Assembly (NCBI GenBank): GCA_963812015.1
Contig: CAWETI010000002.1
Coordinates: 1,613,213 to 1,677,212, forward strand
DNA length: 64,000 bases
Direction of reading: 5' to 3'
Origin: an uncultured delta proteobacterium
Lineage (GTDB): Bacteria > Desulfobacterota > Desulfobaccia > Desulfobaccales > 0-14-0-80-60-11
Below are positions 30,791 through 42,752 of the stretch, piece after piece; the stretch's first letter is position 1; every line of letters starts with the position of its first letter. The position numbers and the translations under genes are program-made. The notes under the pieces were generated by a model. It searched no databases and was not told the DNA's origin. It was given only the letters and a program-made list of their open reading frames with translations.

Positions 30791-32845
30791 TTATATCATC
30801 AGTCTGAGACCCCCGATAATTTGAAACCGGGGAGAGGAGTACCCAAACACTTCTTCATATTTTTTATCGAAGAGATTCTGGCCGCGAACCATGAGTTGCA
30901 CGCGGTTAACATAGCCCCAGTTTTGTATCACCGTATAATAGGCCGCCAGATCGGCAGTAAAATAGCCGCCATTGACCAAGCGGCTGGCGTAAAGAGGTGG
31001 ATTAATGTCAGGCCGGAAGTCATCCCGGGCCCCGACGTACAGCCCGTGGAAATTCACTTCCATGGGGCCGTGGACGTAGTTTAGATCAAAATTCCAGGAC
31101 TGCCGGGGACGGCGCAAGAGGTTCTGGCCGGTGATGATACCGATATTCTCTACCCCCCCGGCATCCAACACCTTGAGCTGGGTTAGATAGGTGTAGGCGG
31201 TGCGCACAGTGAACCCTTTAAAGGGTTTCGCCTGCAAATAGAGTTCAAAGCCCTTGGTACGCGCCGCGGCGATATTGAAAAAACTGCCGGTGGTCAAACT
31301 GGTCTCGGCGAATTGGATCATGTCGGTGAAATGGTTCTCAAAATACGTCATACCGCCTTGCACCCGGTCCTTCCACAGCCATTGGTCCAAGCCCACCTCC
31401 CAACTGACATTTTTTTCCGGCATCAGTTTGGGATTGCCGAGATAAAATGGGTTGAGAGAATTGGTTTCCAGGAAAGACGGTGCTAACACTGCCTTGCCGC
31501 CTGCAGCCCGCAAGGTGGTGTCGGTTTCCGGGAAACGCAGGGCGGCTGAGGCCCGGGGACAGAATTCCAGCTTCTGGAAGGCCCTGTTGTCCTCGACGCT
31601 GCTGCCCATGGTCAAGAAAAGTCGGTTCCACGCCCCCACCTGCTCCTGAAGATAATAGGTGAAACTGCCCCGGCGGGCTTTATTCATGCTATCGCTGTAG
31701 GAAGAAATATCATAGTCATAACTGTGGCTCCAGCCTTTATACTGGGCATGCAGCGTCTCCACCCCCAGCGTCGTCGTGGAAGCCAGGCTCTCTTTGGACC
31801 CGAAGTAAAAATTGGAGCGGTAATTCGCGGTCCATTGTTTCTCCATATCCCGGCTATAATAATCGGTAGTCTGGAAGTTGACGAAGAATGGGTTGGCCGG
31901 ATTGTTATACCGGGAATCGAGATTCAGGAATCCCAGCTTCAGTACATTTTCCCACCAGGAAAAGGGCCGATAGTTTCCCGACAAACCGGTTAACACCGTC
32001 GTCGCTTTTTGGTTCTGGTCTGGATCCAGGCCATTGCCGCCGAGACTCTTGGCGTCGAGCCGGTCTCCGTTGGTGGTCGGAAAACCATAATAGGTGCCCA
32101 CATAAAAATTCATCAGGGTCAACTTCAGTTCATCCGTGGGTTCCAAGTCAAAACGGGAGTTCACCACATTGTTCCCATAACGGTTGTTGATCGGCAAGAT
32201 CCCGGTATCATCATAGTGGCCGTAGGCCATGGAATAGGAAAATTTATTGTATGAACCCTCGAAACTGACCCGCTGTTCATCGATTAGGTTATTGGGGCTA
32301 TGACCTTCGGCATGGCCGCCCCAAAGGCTGGTCATGGTAAGTTTGGGCGGACCCTGGCCCTGGCGGGTAAACAGATTGACCACCCCGGTCATAGCGTCAT
32401 TCCCATACAAAGAGCTCATGGGTCCCCGCACCACTTCGATGCGGTTGATGTTGTCCACCGTCATTTTACTGAAGTCAAAGGCCCCGCCGGTATCATTGAG
32501 CCGAAACCCATCGAGCATGATCAGGTTCATGTTGCTGTTGCCACCCCGGATAAAAAGGTCAGACTGGCCGCCCCGGCCGCCGCTTTGCGAGACGATGGCC
32601 CCGGGGACATCCCGCAGAAAATTATCCACCTGGGGGGTTTGCCGGGCATCCATTTGCTGGTTGGTAATGATCGTCGTGGACGTGCTGTTTTCTTTCAACG
32701 GGACTTCGGTCCCGGTGGCAGTGATTGCTATTTCTTTTAATGTCTGAATACCTTGCGTGTCGGCTTCTTGCCCCCAAAGAGGGATTATGCCGAAAAGAAC
32801 CGATAGCAAGGAGAGACCGCCGCAAAAGAGAGCTATTTTTTTCAA
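30791..32845 (-). CDS. TonB-dependent cobalamin receptor (BtuB-like)
   Basis: Plug motifs (FIRGG, RIEVVRGPMSSLYG), LLRRP, NLFDKKYE; under a cobalamin riboswitch. Confidence 0.88.
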   Translation of the reverse strand: MKKIALFCGGLSLLSVLFGIIPLWGQEADTQGIQTLKEIAITATGTEVPLKENSTSTTIITNQQMDARQTPQVDNFLRDVPGAIVSQSGGRGGQSDLFIRGGNSNMNLIMLDGFRLNDTGGAFDFSKMTVDNINRIEVVRGPMSSLYGNDAMTGVVNLFTRQGQGPPKLTMTSLWGGHAEGHSPNNLIDEQRVSFEGSYNKFSYSMAYGHYDDTGILPINNRYGNNVVNSRFDLEPTDELKLTLMNFYVGTYYGFPTTNGDRLDAKSLGGNGLDPDQNQKATTVLTGLSGNYRPFSWWENVLKLGFLNLDSRYNNPANPFFVNFQTTDYYSRDMEKQWTANYRSNFYFGSKESLASTTTLGVETLHAQYKGWSHSYDYDISSYSDSMNKARRGSFTYYLQEQVGAWNRLFLTMGSSVEDNRAFQKLEFCPRASAALRFPETDTTLRAAGGKAVLAPSFLETNSLNPFYLGNPKLMPEKNVSWEVGLDQWLWKDRVQGGMTYFENHFTDMIQFAETSLTTGSFFNIAAARTKGFELYLQAKPFKGFTVRTAYTYLTQLKVLDAGGVENIGIITGQNLLRRPRQSWNFDLNYVHGPMEVNFHGLYVGARDDFRPDINPPLYASRLVNGGYFTADLAAYYTVIQNWGYVNRVQLMVRGQNLFDKKYEEVFGYSSPRFQIIGGLRLMI

Positions 32846-33156
32846 TGCAGCACCCTCCCATTCGCGGAAGCCCTTGGCGACTCTGCCGCCACCCGGGCCA
32901 CACCCGTAAGGCGTATCAGGGGATAGAGGGGGTTCAGGCGGTCCTGCTCAGCCTGGGTGACTAAGAGGTGGATCGGTTCACAGCCCCTGTCCAGCAGAAA
33001 ATGCCAGGCGTCGTCTAGTTCCAAGATGCCCGGCTGGGAGACCACCACTTCCACAGGACCCGTAAGATGGCTCAGCTCCTGATAGTAGGTCCCGGATTCT
33101 ACGCCCGCCGGCGGCTCCCCGCCACCCAGCAAATAGATGATTACTCCCTGTGTCAT
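32842..33156 (-). CDS. Small hypothetical protein, possibly CbiX-like fold
   Basis: GGAGG RBS; first gene after the riboswitch; GVIIYLLG..LDDAWHFLLDRGCEPIHLL. Confidence 0.55.
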   Translation of the reverse strand: MTQGVIIYLLGGGEPPAGVESGTYYQELSHLTGPVEVVVSQPGILELDDAWHFLLDRGCEPIHLLVTQAEQDRLNPLYPLIRLTGVARVAAESPRASANGRVLH

Positions 33157-33348
33157 CACGCCCTCCATGCCAATAAGATAAGGAAGCCCAGGCTTCCCGA
33201 GGCATGATCCACCCGGACAAAAAAAATCCTTGAGCCCATGTGGACCCAAGGATTGCACCCAGTTTGCTTGATCCCTGGCTGGGCTGAGGAGATTTGCCAT
33301 CTCTCCGCAGCCCCTGCATCCCCAATGCCTCGTTGGGGCGGCAGTTCA

Positions 33349-33515
33349 GCTTACAGGCAGGTCTTCTGACTCCCGGATCTTTCTACTCCCTGCGCCTTCC
33401 CGTCCTCTTAAGAAAGGATAGTGGCTTTGTGCAGGTTTCGTCCCCGGTTACAGCGGCGGGACCATGCCGGACTTGCACCGGCTTCCCTTTTAAGCCCTGA
33501 CGGGCGCCTGTATGC
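33349..33515 (-). ncRNA. Cobalamin riboswitch
   Basis: Reverse strand: aaaagggaagccggtgcaagtccggca..cccgccgctgtaa..gccact..gggaaggc..gagtcagaagacctgcc (B12 box). Confidence 0.95.
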
Positions 33516-33530
33516 TAAATGTTGTGACCG

Positions 33531-33558
33531 ATTATAAGCCCTCCTTTTATCTTGTCAA
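33531..33558 (-). promoter_or_regulatory. Sigma70-type promoter of btu operon
   Basis: TTGACA-16nt-TATAAT. Confidence 0.75.
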
Positions 33559-33565
33559 TATTAAA

Positions 33566-35545
33566 TTAGGCAGGACTGAATTTTATCAGATCCTCAACTT
33601 GGGCCACCACTTCCGGGGCTCGCAGTTCCTGGATCTTATAGTATTTTGCCCCCAGCTTTTCGGCCAGCTCAGGGAGGCAGCTCAGGTTCAAAAACCCCGC
33701 CTCGGTGTCCAGGATCAGGGAGGCGATCTTTAAATCCTTCAGTCGGGCGGCCAGCTCTTTGGCTTCTTCTACCGCCGCCCCGCCGCCCAGACTGATATTG
33801 GCCTTGCCATCGGAAATCAATACCAACAGGAAGGCGTCTTGAGGATGCCGGGCCTTCTGCTTCTGAAGAATTTCATGGGCCAGATGCAGGGCCTGGGGGA
33901 GAGGGGTTTTGCCGCCGGTGGGGAGTTCTTCCAGACATTGTTGGGCTTGCTCCACGCTGTGGGTAAAGGGCAAGGCCAGGTGGGCGTCCTGTCCCCGGAA
34001 AACCACCAGCCCCACCTCCTCCCGTTTCTGATAGGCATCCAGGAGCATGGAGAGGATGGCGCCCTTGGTTTCCACCATCCGCTGATTGGCCCCCATGGAA
34101 CCGCTGGCGTCCACGACGAACAGGATATGATGGCCGATGCGTTTTTCCCGCACCTTGTGGCGCAGGTCGGAATCCGTAATCGCCACGGCCAGGTTGCCTT
34201 TATCCCGCACAGTCTGGTGGGGGGCGGCGGCCCGCAAGGTGGCGTCCAGGGCCAGATCCGGCGGCCCGGCCGGGCTCATGGTGGGGCGCACATAACGACC
34301 GCTCCGGTTATTGGTCTGGGCCCGGGTCCGGCGCCCCTGGGACTCCTTGGACAGACGGTCGTGGGGCAGGTCCAGGGGGCGCACCGGGAAGGGCGAGCCG
34401 GCCTCAAAGGCAGTCTCCCCGCTTCCCGGAGGAGCGTCGGATGGGGGAGGGGGAGGAGGCTCCTCCGGGGGCGGAGAACCGTTTTCCGGCGGCGGATCGT
34501 GGTGATGTTCCTGCTGGTGTTTGCGGATGCTCTCCTCCAGCTTTTCCTGATCCAAACGTTGCTCACTGAGGGGTTTGCGGCGCATCCGATGGGGCAACAC
34601 CAACTCCGCGGCTTCCTGTACATCGGCTTCCGTTACTTCATGCCTCCCTTCCAGGGCCGCCAGGGTCCTCGCCACCTTGAGGATATAGATATCCGCCCGG
34701 TGGCCGTCCACGCCTTGATCCAGGCAAATGCGGATGATCAGGCCCAAGATATCCGTAGTATGGCGCACCTGGGGCAGGCATTCCCGGGCCAGGCAGATCT
34801 CCTGGCGCAATCGCGCCTGTTCATCCCGCCAATCCCGAAAGAAGGCCGCCGGATCATCTTCGTAGGCTAACCATCGCTGCACCACTTCCATGCGGTCCCC
34901 CGGGTCTTGCAAGCCGCTCACCTCCACACAGAGACCGAACCGGTCCAGGAGTTGGGGCCGCAGTTCCCCTTCCTCCGGGTTCATGGTCCCCACCAGGATA
35001 AAACGGGCCGGGTGGGCGAAGGAAATCCCTTCCCGTTCCACGACATTGAGGCCCATGGCCGCAGCATCCAGGAGGACATCCACCAGATGATCATCCAGCA
35101 GGTTGACCTCATCCACATATAAAATACCACGATGGGCCGCGGCCAGGATGCCCGGTTCGAAATGCTTTTCGCCGGTTTTGATCGCTTTTTCCAGATCAAT
35201 GGTGCCCAGCAGGCGATCCTCCGTGGTGCCCAGAGGTAGGTCCACCACGGACATGGGCCGTTCCACTCCGGGGAGGTGTTGATGCTGCTGCAAATGCTTG
35301 AGGCAGGCTTGGCACATCTGCTGAGGTTGGTCCGGATCACAGTGGAAGGGACAGTCGGCCACCACCTTGATGGGGGGCAGCAACTCGGCCAGTCCCCGGG
35401 CGGCGGTGGATTTGGCAGTGCCTTTCTCGCCGCGGATGAGCACCCCCCCCAAACGGGGATTGACGGCATTGAGGATCAAGGCCTTCTTCAAGCGTTCCTG
35501 GCCCACCAGGGCCGCAAAGGGATAGGTGGGATGATTGTCGGTCAT
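33566..35545 (-). CDS. Class I chelatase ATPase, ChlI/ChlD-type fusion (AAA+ and vWA)
   Basis: [25 protein letters not shown], Pro-rich linker, DASGSMG MIDAS. Confidence 0.92.
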   Translation of the reverse strand: MTDNHPTYPFAALVGQERLKKALILNAVNPRLGGVLIRGEKGTAKSTAARGLAELLPPIKVVADCPFHCDPDQPQQMCQACLKHLQQHQHLPGVERPMSVVDLPLGTTEDRLLGTIDLEKAIKTGEKHFEPGILAAAHRGILYVDEVNLLDDHLVDVLLDAAAMGLNVVEREGISFAHPARFILVGTMNPEEGELRPQLLDRFGLCVEVSGLQDPGDRMEVVQRWLAYEDDPAAFFRDWRDEQARLRQEICLARECLPQVRHTTDILGLIIRICLDQGVDGHRADIYILKVARTLAALEGRHEVTEADVQEAAELVLPHRMRRKPLSEQRLDQEKLEESIRKHQQEHHHDPPPENGSPPPEEPPPPPPSDAPPGSGETAFEAGSPFPVRPLDLPHDRLSKESQGRRTRAQTNNRSGRYVRPTMSPAGPPDLALDATLRAAAPHQTVRDKGNLAVAITDSDLRHKVREKRIGHHILFVVDASGSMGANQRMVETKGAILSMLLDAYQKREEVGLVVFRGQDAHLALPFTHSVEQAQQCLEELPTGGKTPLPQALHLAHEILQKQKARHPQDAFLLVLISDGKANISLGGGAAVEEAKELAARLKDLKIASLILDTEAGFLNLSCLPELAEKLGAKYYKIQELRAPEVVAQVEDLIKFSPA

Positions 35546-38500
35546 TTCTTACCTCCTTGGGACAGAAAGGCGAGGGTTTTTTGCATGGCGGCTTTCCAGG
35601 AATCGACCTCGGAAGCGGTGACGATATCCACCGCCCCGCCCTGGAAATTGCTGCCCGCGGCCTCGCCCATATCTTCTTCCAGCCAACCTTCGATCTCTAA
35701 GTAAATCTGTTTCAGTTCCGCCAGGACCTCCGGGTCGGCCTCCCAGAGGCCCCGCTGCTCCGCCTCCAGGAGGCGCCGGGCGATCTCCTCCAGGGCCCAG
35801 GGGTTTTCTTTCTGGAAGAATTCCCGGTTTTCTTTATCCAAGACAAAGGTGCGGGTAATATCATCGAAGATCCAGTCGTCCACTTCCTGGGTGGTGGCCT
35901 CCCAGCCATAAACCCGGCCGACGCGTTTGCTGATCTCCCCGGCGCCTTTATAGCCGTGATTTTTCATGCCGTCGATCCACTTGGGGTTGAGCACCTTGGC
36001 CCGGGCCACCCGGCGGATCTCATCGGCCAGATCCCGGACGGTCACCCGCTCGGGGGAGCGGGTATCGCCATAATAGGTCTTGACCGGCTGCCCGGAGAGG
36101 TGCCGGGCCGCGGCCGTCAGACCGCCATGCGTCCCGAAATAGCCGCAGCAGCCGAACAGATCGTATTCATCCGTGACGGCCTTGTTATACGTCACCCTGG
36201 CGGTGCTTAAGCTATGGGCCAAGGCCTGGGGCGCCGGTTCTCCGAACACCCCCTTGCCATAGGCATAGCCGTTCCAATAGAGAAAAACCTGGGCCAGGTC
36301 CGCTTCATCCTTCCAGGCGGAGGCATAAACCGCCAGTTGAGTCCCAGCAGAATAGGTGCCGGGTTGGCTGGCAAAGACGCGATAGGTGGCCTGGCGCCAG
36401 GCGGTGGAATCACCGGGGTCCTGGTCTAATTTCGCCATTAATTCAAGACTATGGCGTCGCAGAAAATTGTCCTCGAACTCTTCCGGCAAGGAGGCCACCG
36501 CCTGAATGGCCTCATCCACCAACTCGATACAATTGGAGAAATTGTCCCGAGTGATCCCGGAGACCCGGATGGTGACATCGATGCGGGGCCGGCCCAACTC
36601 AGTCAAGGGAATGATTTCAAAACCCTGCACCCGGCCGTTGCTCTGCCAAACCGGACGCACTCCGATGAGGTACATGATCTGGGCCATGCCTTCGCCGTCG
36701 GCCCACATGATGTCGTTGGCCATCCAAAAGAGGGCGACATTTTCCGGGTACTCGCCGTTTTCGGTCCGATATTTCTGGACAATGGCTTCGGCCAACCGTT
36801 TTCCTACCTCCCAGGCCCCCCGGCTGGGCACCCGCTGGGGGTCCAAAGAATAGAAGTTGCGGCCGGTGGGCAGGACATCATCCCGGCCGCGGGTAATCAA
36901 CCCGGAGGGGCCGGGAGGAATAAAACCGCCGGAGAAGCCGTTGAGCAGGGCCTCCATTTCTCGGGACTCCTCCAGGCGGCGGGTAAGGTCCCGCAATCGC
37001 TCCTCAAAATGCTCGATCTCCGCCAGGCTGTCCTGATAACGCGCCGCTGCACAGGTTTCCTGGATGATCTTTGCCAAGGACTGGTCCATCGCGGTGAGCC
37101 AGCGATTGATGATGGTGCGCCCAGCCTGGTCCACGGCCTCCTGGCCCCGGCCGGTTTCATCGTCATCGAGGGAAACCCCGGCCAAACGGCTTATGAGCCG
37201 GTTCCAGGAAGGTCCGCCGCTCACGGGAAAGCGGATGATGGCCTGGAGGAAATCCGCCCGCCGCTCTTCTTGGGGCAACTGGCCGAAGATGTGCATGCCG
37301 TCCGGGATTTGGGTATTACGGATCAGGGACAGGCCGTCATGGATACGGTGCACCACCTGGTCAAAAGACATCTCCGGAGAGAGGGAAATTTGCTGGCTGA
37401 GATGACTCTTCTCCAGGGATTCCAGAATGAGATGTTCCATCACGTGAGCCCGGCCCGGCTCGACGCTTTTCAGCCGCTCGTATTCCGCCAGCAAGCGGTC
37501 CAACTCGCCCATTTCGTCGTAGAGGCCGGCAGCGGTCATCACCGTTTGCATATGATCCACCAGGACAGCATAACTGCGGCGCTTGGCAATGGTGCCCTCC
37601 GGCGGGTTGTCGGCGTTGTAGATATACAGATGCGGCAGATGACCCAAAGCGACATCCGGGCAGCAGCCTCCCGACAGCCCGGTAGACTTACCGGGGAGGA
37701 ACTCCAAAGTGCCGTGGGTGCCCACATGTAGGACGACATCCGCCCCGAATTCCTTATCCAGATAATGATAGGTGGCGATATATTGGTGCGGCGGGGGTAC
37801 ATCAGGATCATGGAGAATCTTGCAGACCCGGCCGTCGCAGCGGGCCCCGGCGCAGCCCCGCTTGGGCTGGACGCAGAGCACGGCGTTGCCGTAAGCGATC
37901 CCGGTAATCACTATCTGCCCCTGGGAGACCATGGCGGCGGGGATACCGTTCTGTTCCCGGCCGGGCGGTTCCCCCCAGGCTTCCGACAGCCGCTGTTGCA
38001 GTGCCGGGGGAAATTCGCTAAACCAGCGGCGGTAGGTATCCTCCGATACCCGGGCCAGGGCGCCCCCCTTGGTGATGATCTCCTCCACGGTGGTCCAGCG
38101 GAATTCACTGATGGCCTTGCGGCCCATGATGGTGTCGATCAGCTCTTTGCCGTCCGCCGGAGAATTTTCTATCCCATAGCCGGCCTGCTCCAGGATCTTC
38201 AGGAGGCGGGCCACGCTCTCCAGGGTATCCAGGTGCGCCCCCGCTCCCACCGTGGCTTCCACCGAGGCACAGGCGTTATTGTGCAAGATGATGGCGATCT
38301 TGCGCTCGGCTGGAGGTTTGTCTTGCAGGCGGAGCCAGCGGGCCACCCGGTCGGCCAGACGTTCGGCCCGCTCGGCAATGGGCAGGCGGCCGGCGATGAG
38401 GTCCGCCTCCACCTCGGTTTGGGACATACCGGCCGCCACCAGCAAGGGTTCAATAACCCCCTCGAATTCCGGCAGCGCCAGGCTCCAACCGATTTCCATC

Positions 38501-39417
38501 CCCAAGCCCTGGGGGTCGGATTCCCATTCCGCCGCGGTTTTGTAGTAGGAGGTCAATGGCTGGATCAGGGGGATATTAAGCCGGGCCAGCAATGCCTGGC
38601 TGGTTTGGGCCGTGCCACCCTGGCTGACGGTCCCCTTTTGGCTTCCCAGAAAGAAGGCGGTCAGCTTGATCAGGGCGGCTATCCGGGGGCGGCCTTGAGA
38701 ATCAAAAAAATAATCCTGGATAATTTCCAGCCCGCCCCGAGTCCCTAAGCCTTCATCCTTAAGGGAATAATAGAAGACCGGGATCACCCCTATGCCGCGG
38801 CTCTCCAGGGCCTGGATGAGGAAATCGTCCAATTCCAGGTTACCCGTGGCCCAATCATGCCGGGAAAACATGATCCCGACCATGGTCTCGGTGGGGAGCC
38901 TCTGGCGCCGATACCAGTCCAGATAGTCGACCGCGTCGGTAAAAAACTGCCCGGCCCGGGGGTGATAGAACCCTTCCCAGGGCAGGTCCTCAGGGGGCAA
39001 GACCGCGAGGTCCAGGTGCAGCACTTCCTTACCGACATAGTTCAGCAGGCGGCGCAAATTTTCTAAGCCGTTGCGGATGATATATTGATAAGCGTTGGCC
39101 GCCACTTCCAGGGGCACGGTGGAGGGACGCCACAGGGATGGATCGGAGCCGGTGGTAATCAGCGGTATCCGGGTGGAGAGATCTTTCAGGCGACTTTCCA
39201 TCTGCTCCCAAAAGGCGTCCGGGGTGCGATATAACAGGATAAAATCCGCCGATTCCATGGCGTCGAGAGCCTGGGCCAGCTTCTCGGGATTTTCTCCCAC
39301 CATTCGATGTGAATAAACCTTGAGATCCAACCAGGGACAATCCCGGCTCGCCTGGTTGAGCAGGGGAACATAGGCGTTCCACATAACGGCTACACCTTTA
39401 ATCGGCGTTGTGGTCAT
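35542..39417 (-). CDS. cobN: CobN/ChlH-family chelatase large subunit
   Basis: [38 protein letters not shown]. Confidence 0.9.
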   Translation of the reverse strand: MTTTPIKGVAVMWNAYVPLLNQASRDCPWLDLKVYSHRMVGENPEKLAQALDAMESADFILLYRTPDAFWEQMESRLKDLSTRIPLITTGSDPSLWRPSTVPLEVAANAYQYIIRNGLENLRRLLNYVGKEVLHLDLAVLPPEDLPWEGFYHPRAGQFFTDAVDYLDWYRRQRLPTETMVGIMFSRHDWATGNLELDDFLIQALESRGIGVIPVFYYSLKDEGLGTRGGLEIIQDYFFDSQGRPRIAALIKLTAFFLGSQKGTVSQGGTAQTSQALLARLNIPLIQPLTSYYKTAAEWESDPQGLGMEIGWSLALPEFEGVIEPLLVAAGMSQTEVEADLIAGRLPIAERAERLADRVARWLRLQDKPPAERKIAIILHNNACASVEATVGAGAHLDTLESVARLLKILEQAGYGIENSPADGKELIDTIMGRKAISEFRWTTVEEIITKGGALARVSEDTYRRWFSEFPPALQQRLSEAWGEPPGREQNGIPAAMVSQGQIVITGIAYGNAVLCVQPKRGCAGARCDGRVCKILHDPDVPPPHQYIATYHYLDKEFGADVVLHVGTHGTLEFLPGKSTGLSGGCCPDVALGHLPHLYIYNADNPPEGTIAKRRSYAVLVDHMQTVMTAAGLYDEMGELDRLLAEYERLKSVEPGRAHVMEHLILESLEKSHLSQQISLSPEMSFDQVVHRIHDGLSLIRNTQIPDGMHIFGQLPQEERRADFLQAIIRFPVSGGPSWNRLISRLAGVSLDDDETGRGQEAVDQAGRTIINRWLTAMDQSLAKIIQETCAAARYQDSLAEIEHFEERLRDLTRRLEESREMEALLNGFSGGFIPPGPSGLITRGRDDVLPTGRNFYSLDPQRVPSRGAWEVGKRLAEAIVQKYRTENGEYPENVALFWMANDIMWADGEGMAQIMYLIGVRPVWQSNGRVQGFEIIPLTELGRPRIDVTIRVSGITRDNFSNCIELVDEAIQAVASLPEEFEDNFLRRHSLELMAKLDQDPGDSTAWRQATYRVFASQPGTYSAGTQLAVYASAWKDEADLAQVFLYWNGYAYGKGVFGEPAPQALAHSLSTARVTYNKAVTDEYDLFGCCGYFGTHGGLTAAARHLSGQPVKTYYGDTRSPERVTVRDLADEIRRVARAKVLNPKWIDGMKNHGYKGAGEISKRVGRVYGWEATTQEVDDWIFDDITRTFVLDKENREFFQKENPWALEEIARRLLEAEQRGLWEADPEVLAELKQIYLEIEGWLEEDMGEAAGSNFQGGAVDIVTASEVDSWKAAMQKTLAFLSQGGKK

Positions 39418-40151
39418 TCGCTATACCTCTTTACGATAATGATCCCTAAAGCGATGCAGCCCAGCATATATACCGTCAGCACCATCAGCGAGCCCAACCC
39501 CGCCAGGGTCCAGGTGGGAAAGCGCAGCAGGTGGTTGGTATGGGTCAGGGGCAGGCAGTGGATGATCCCCCGGACCAGCCAGGGCATTTCATTCACCGGA
39601 AAGAAGGTGCCGCAGAAAAAAGCCATGGGCATAATCAGGAAGTTGGTGAAGGTGGCGGTATCTTCATGGGATCGGGACCTCATCCCCACAATTACTCCCA
39701 GGGCGGCAAATAAGGCGCAGTTCAAGAGCAATGCCAGGATAAACATCAGGCTCATTTGAACGTGGCCGCCTAAAAGCCATCCCAGCCCCAATAAGATCAG
39801 GGAGGCGAACAGGCCCCGGGCCAAGCCGGCCAGTAATTCTCCCACCACAATAGCCGCGGCCGAAACCGGCGCCTGGACATAGACCTGAAAGGTGCGGAAA
39901 TGGAGGCGGCCCACGGTCAGGCTGTTAGCCACCCAGGTATAGGCATTGGTCATGGAGCTCATGGCAATGAGCCCGGGCAGCAAGTAGTCCAGATAGGAAG
40001 TCCCCGGGATGGTCACCCGTTTGCCCAACCCCAGTCCGAAGGCCACGAGATAGAGCAGGGGGGCAAATAGGGCCGAGACCACGTAACCCAGGCGGAGCAA
40101 GCGGCGCTGGAAGAGCAGGATTTCCCGGTAAAAAATGGGGAACCAGTTCAT
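39414..40151 (-). CDS. ABC-2 type permease
   Basis: YLDYLLPGL, FFCGTFFP, PLTH. Confidence 0.85.
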   Translation of the reverse strand: MNWFPIFYREILLFQRRLLRLGYVVSALFAPLLYLVAFGLGLGKRVTIPGTSYLDYLLPGLIAMSSMTNAYTWVANSLTVGRLHFRTFQVYVQAPVSAAAIVVGELLAGLARGLFASLILLGLGWLLGGHVQMSLMFILALLLNCALFAALGVIVGMRSRSHEDTATFTNFLIMPMAFFCGTFFPVNEMPWLVRGIIHCLPLTHTNHLLRFPTWTLAGLGSLMVLTVYMLGCIALGIIIVKRYSE

Positions 40152-40984
40152 TGGGTCAGCCTTTCCCCGGTAAGCTGGATAAAGACGTCTTCCAGATTGA
40201 CCTGCCGGATGATGACCTCACAATTTTCCGTCTGGGCGCAGGCGTAGGCCGTGGTTTTATCCTTTGCCAGGTGATACTCCCGTTTGCCGTTATGGGTGGA
40301 TTCCACCACGTAGCCGCCCAGGCGGGCCACCAGGGTCGCAGGGGTATCCAGGGAGATGAGGCGGCCGCGGTTCAAGATGCCCACCCGGTCGCACAACATC
40401 TCGGCCTCTTCAATGTAATGGGTGGTGAGCACAATGGTAATCCCCTCCAGCTTGAGTTCCCGAATCAGGCTCCATAATTGCCGCCGGACCTGGGGGTCTA
40501 ATCCCACCGTGGGCTCATCCAGAAACAAAACCTGGGGACGAGAGATGAGGGCCCGGAGGATCAGGAGCCGTCGCTGCATGCCCCCGGAGAAGCCTTTGAC
40601 CAAATGATGGGTTCGGGCGCTCAGGTCGCCGAAGTCCAAAAGCTCTTGGATCCGGTTTTTCAGATCGGGAACCCGGTAGAGCCGTCCATAGATCCACAGG
40701 TTTTCATAGGCGGTCAGCTCCTTGTCCAGATTGATCTCCTGGGGACAGACCCCCAGGAGCCGCTTGACCTGGAGCGGTTGGCGCACCACATCAAAGTTTT
40801 GGATTTGAGCCGTGCCCCGGGTGGGCCGAGCCAGGGTGGTCAAAATCTTAATCGTGGTGGTCTTGCCGGCCCCGTTGGGTCCCAATAAGCCGAAGATTTC
40901 CCCCGGGGGGATTTGCAAAGATAGACCCTCCAGGGCCACCACCTCCTGATACTCCTTGCCGAGATTGTCGGTAACGATCATCAT
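40148..40984 (-). CDS. ABC ATP-binding protein (DrrA/NodI-like)
   Basis: GPNGAGKTT, FSGGMQRR, LDEPTVGLD. Confidence 0.9.
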   Translation of the reverse strand: MMIVTDNLGKEYQEVVALEGLSLQIPPGEIFGLLGPNGAGKTTTIKILTTLARPTRGTAQIQNFDVVRQPLQVKRLLGVCPQEINLDKELTAYENLWIYGRLYRVPDLKNRIQELLDFGDLSARTHHLVKGFSGGMQRRLLILRALISRPQVLFLDEPTVGLDPQVRRQLWSLIRELKLEGITIVLTTHYIEEAEMLCDRVGILNRGRLISLDTPATLVARLGGYVVESTHNGKREYHLAKDKTTAYACAQTENCEVIIRQVNLEDVFIQLTGERLTQ

Positions 40985-40995
40985 ATTTATGTCAG

Positions 40996-41763
40996 TTATG
41001 TTAGTTTGGGGTACAACAGCCTTTGGCCGCCCTGGCAGATCATGCCCACTTCCAGCCCGTAAAGATGGGCCATGGTTTCCGGACCGATGACGTCCGCCGG
41101 GCGGCCCTGGGTCACGATCCGGCCGGCCGCCAACAGGATGACTTGATCCGCGAAAACCAGGGCCAGGTTGGGGTCATGAAGGGTCAGTAACACCGTCAGC
41201 CCCTGTCGATGAGCCAGATTCCCGATCAATTGCAGGATCATCACCTGATTCCTAAAGTCCAGGTGGTTGGTGGGTTCATCCAAAAGCAATACCTGGGGCT
41301 CCTGGGCCAGGCACCGGCCCAGCAAGGCCAGTTGCCGCTCGCCGCCGCTGATCCGGGTATACGGCTTGTCCGCCAAATGTTTGATTCCCAGGAGTTCGAT
41401 AATCTCCGTTACCACTTCGCGATCCCGGGCCCCCGGCTGGGACCAGAATCCCACCCGGGAGAGCCGGCCCAAGAGCATCACCTCCCGGACGGTGTAAGGG
41501 AAAACCGGGTGATGCTCCTGGGGCACAATCGCCAGCACCTGGGCCAGGTCCCGGGTCTTGAGCTCTGCGAGGGGCCGGTCGGCCAGCACGATGTCTCCCT
41601 GGAGGGGGATTATCTGGGCGCTGAGGCTCAAAAGGAGGGTGGTCTTCCCCGAGCCGTTGGGCCCCAGGAGGACCGTGACTTCCCCCGGCCGCGCCTTAAG
41701 GTTCACCTGGTGGAGAATGAGCTGGCCGTTGAGCCGGACGCTGAGATCGTTTACGGCAATCAT
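40996..41763 (-). CDS. FecE/BtuD-family ABC ATP-binding protein
   Basis: GPNGSGKTT, ISGGERQL, LDEPTNHLD. Confidence 0.9.
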   Translation of the reverse strand: MIAVNDLSVRLNGQLILHQVNLKARPGEVTVLLGPNGSGKTTLLLSLSAQIIPLQGDIVLADRPLAELKTRDLAQVLAIVPQEHHPVFPYTVREVMLLGRLSRVGFWSQPGARDREVVTEIIELLGIKHLADKPYTRISGGERQLALLGRCLAQEPQVLLLDEPTNHLDFRNQVMILQLIGNLAHRQGLTVLLTLHDPNLALVFADQVILLAAGRIVTQGRPADVIGPETMAHLYGLEVGMICQGGQRLLYPKLT

Positions 41764-42752
41764 AGGCTCCAGGATTCCGCCCCGCCCCGCTTCAAGAGAT
41801 AAATGAAGAAAGGGGCCCCGAACAGGGTGGTGATGATGCCCACCGGGATTTCTCCTCCCACGATGGTGCGGGCCACCGTATCGGAGAGCACCATGAAGCT
41901 GGCGCCCGCGGCCATGGACAGGGGGATGACTCGCCGGTGGTCGGGCCCCACCAGCATCCGGACTATATGGGGGATCATCAGACCCACCCAGCCGATGATC
42001 CCGGTGACGGAAACCGCCGCAGCCACCGTCACCGCCGCGGCCAGGATAAACAGCCCCCGTTCCCGGCCCACATCCACCCCCAGGGCCCGGGCCTCAGCGT
42101 CTCCCATGGACATGGCATTGAGGCGCCAGCGCCCCAGCCAGATGAGGACGGCTCCCGCCAGGATCCAGGGCCCCGCCTGGCGTACCGCCCGCCAGTCGGC
42201 CTGGGACAGGCTCCCCATGAGCCAGAAGACGATGCTGGCCAGCTTCATGGGGTCCACCATAAACTTGATAATGGAGACCAGAGCTGTAAAGAAGGCGGAC
42301 ACCACCACCCCGGAGAGGATCAGGGACAGGGTCGGGACCTCCCGGCGGGTTCGGGCCAGGGTGAAAGCCAGGAAGGCCGCGATCAGGCTGAAGATAAAGG
42401 CTCCCACTTGAATGGGCAGGGCTGGGACCAAGGCCACGGAGAGGGCGCAGCCAAAGGCCGCCCCGGCGGATAACCCCAGGATAAAGGCGTCCACCAGGGG
42501 GTTGCGGAACACGGCCTGAAGGGTGGCGCCGGAGGCCGACAGGCCCAATCCCACCAACATCCCCAGGACAATGCGGGGCAGCCGGATATCAAAGACGATG
42601 CTCTGGATCTGCACTTCTTTGCCGTGACCGGATGCGAGCACGTGCCACCAGGCCCGCCAAGGCACCGGGTAGGCCCCCACCTGCATCGCCATGAGGAAGG
42701 CCGGTAAGGGGGAGAGCAACAGCAGCCAGTAGACCCAGGTGCGGGGCCTCAC
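41760..42752 (-). CDS. FecCD-family permease
   Basis: IRLPRI, FRNPLVD, GWVGLMIPH; GTG start after GAGGAG. Confidence 0.9.
   Translation of the reverse strand: MRPRTWVYWLLLLSPLPAFLMAMQVGAYPVPWRAWWHVLASGHGKEVQIQSIVFDIRLPRIVLGMLVGLGLSASGATLQAVFRNPLVDAFILGLSAGAAFGCALSVALVPALPIQVGAFIFSLIAAFLAFTLARTRREVPTLSLILSGVVVSAFFTALVSIIKFMVDPMKLASIVFWLMGSLSQADWRAVRQAGPWILAGAVLIWLGRWRLNAMSMGDAEARALGVDVGRERGLFILAAAVTVAAAVSVTGIIGWVGLMIPHIVRMLVGPDHRRVIPLSMAAGASFMVLSDTVARTIVGGEIPVGIITTLFGAPFFIYLLKRGGAESWSL

Noticed and set aside
36451..38748. Long antisense ORFs (e.g. 36451-37731, 37765-38748; also 5140-6150, 44040-45083, 51102-52049)
   Set aside because: Shadows of GC-rich real genes on the opposite strand; no motifs
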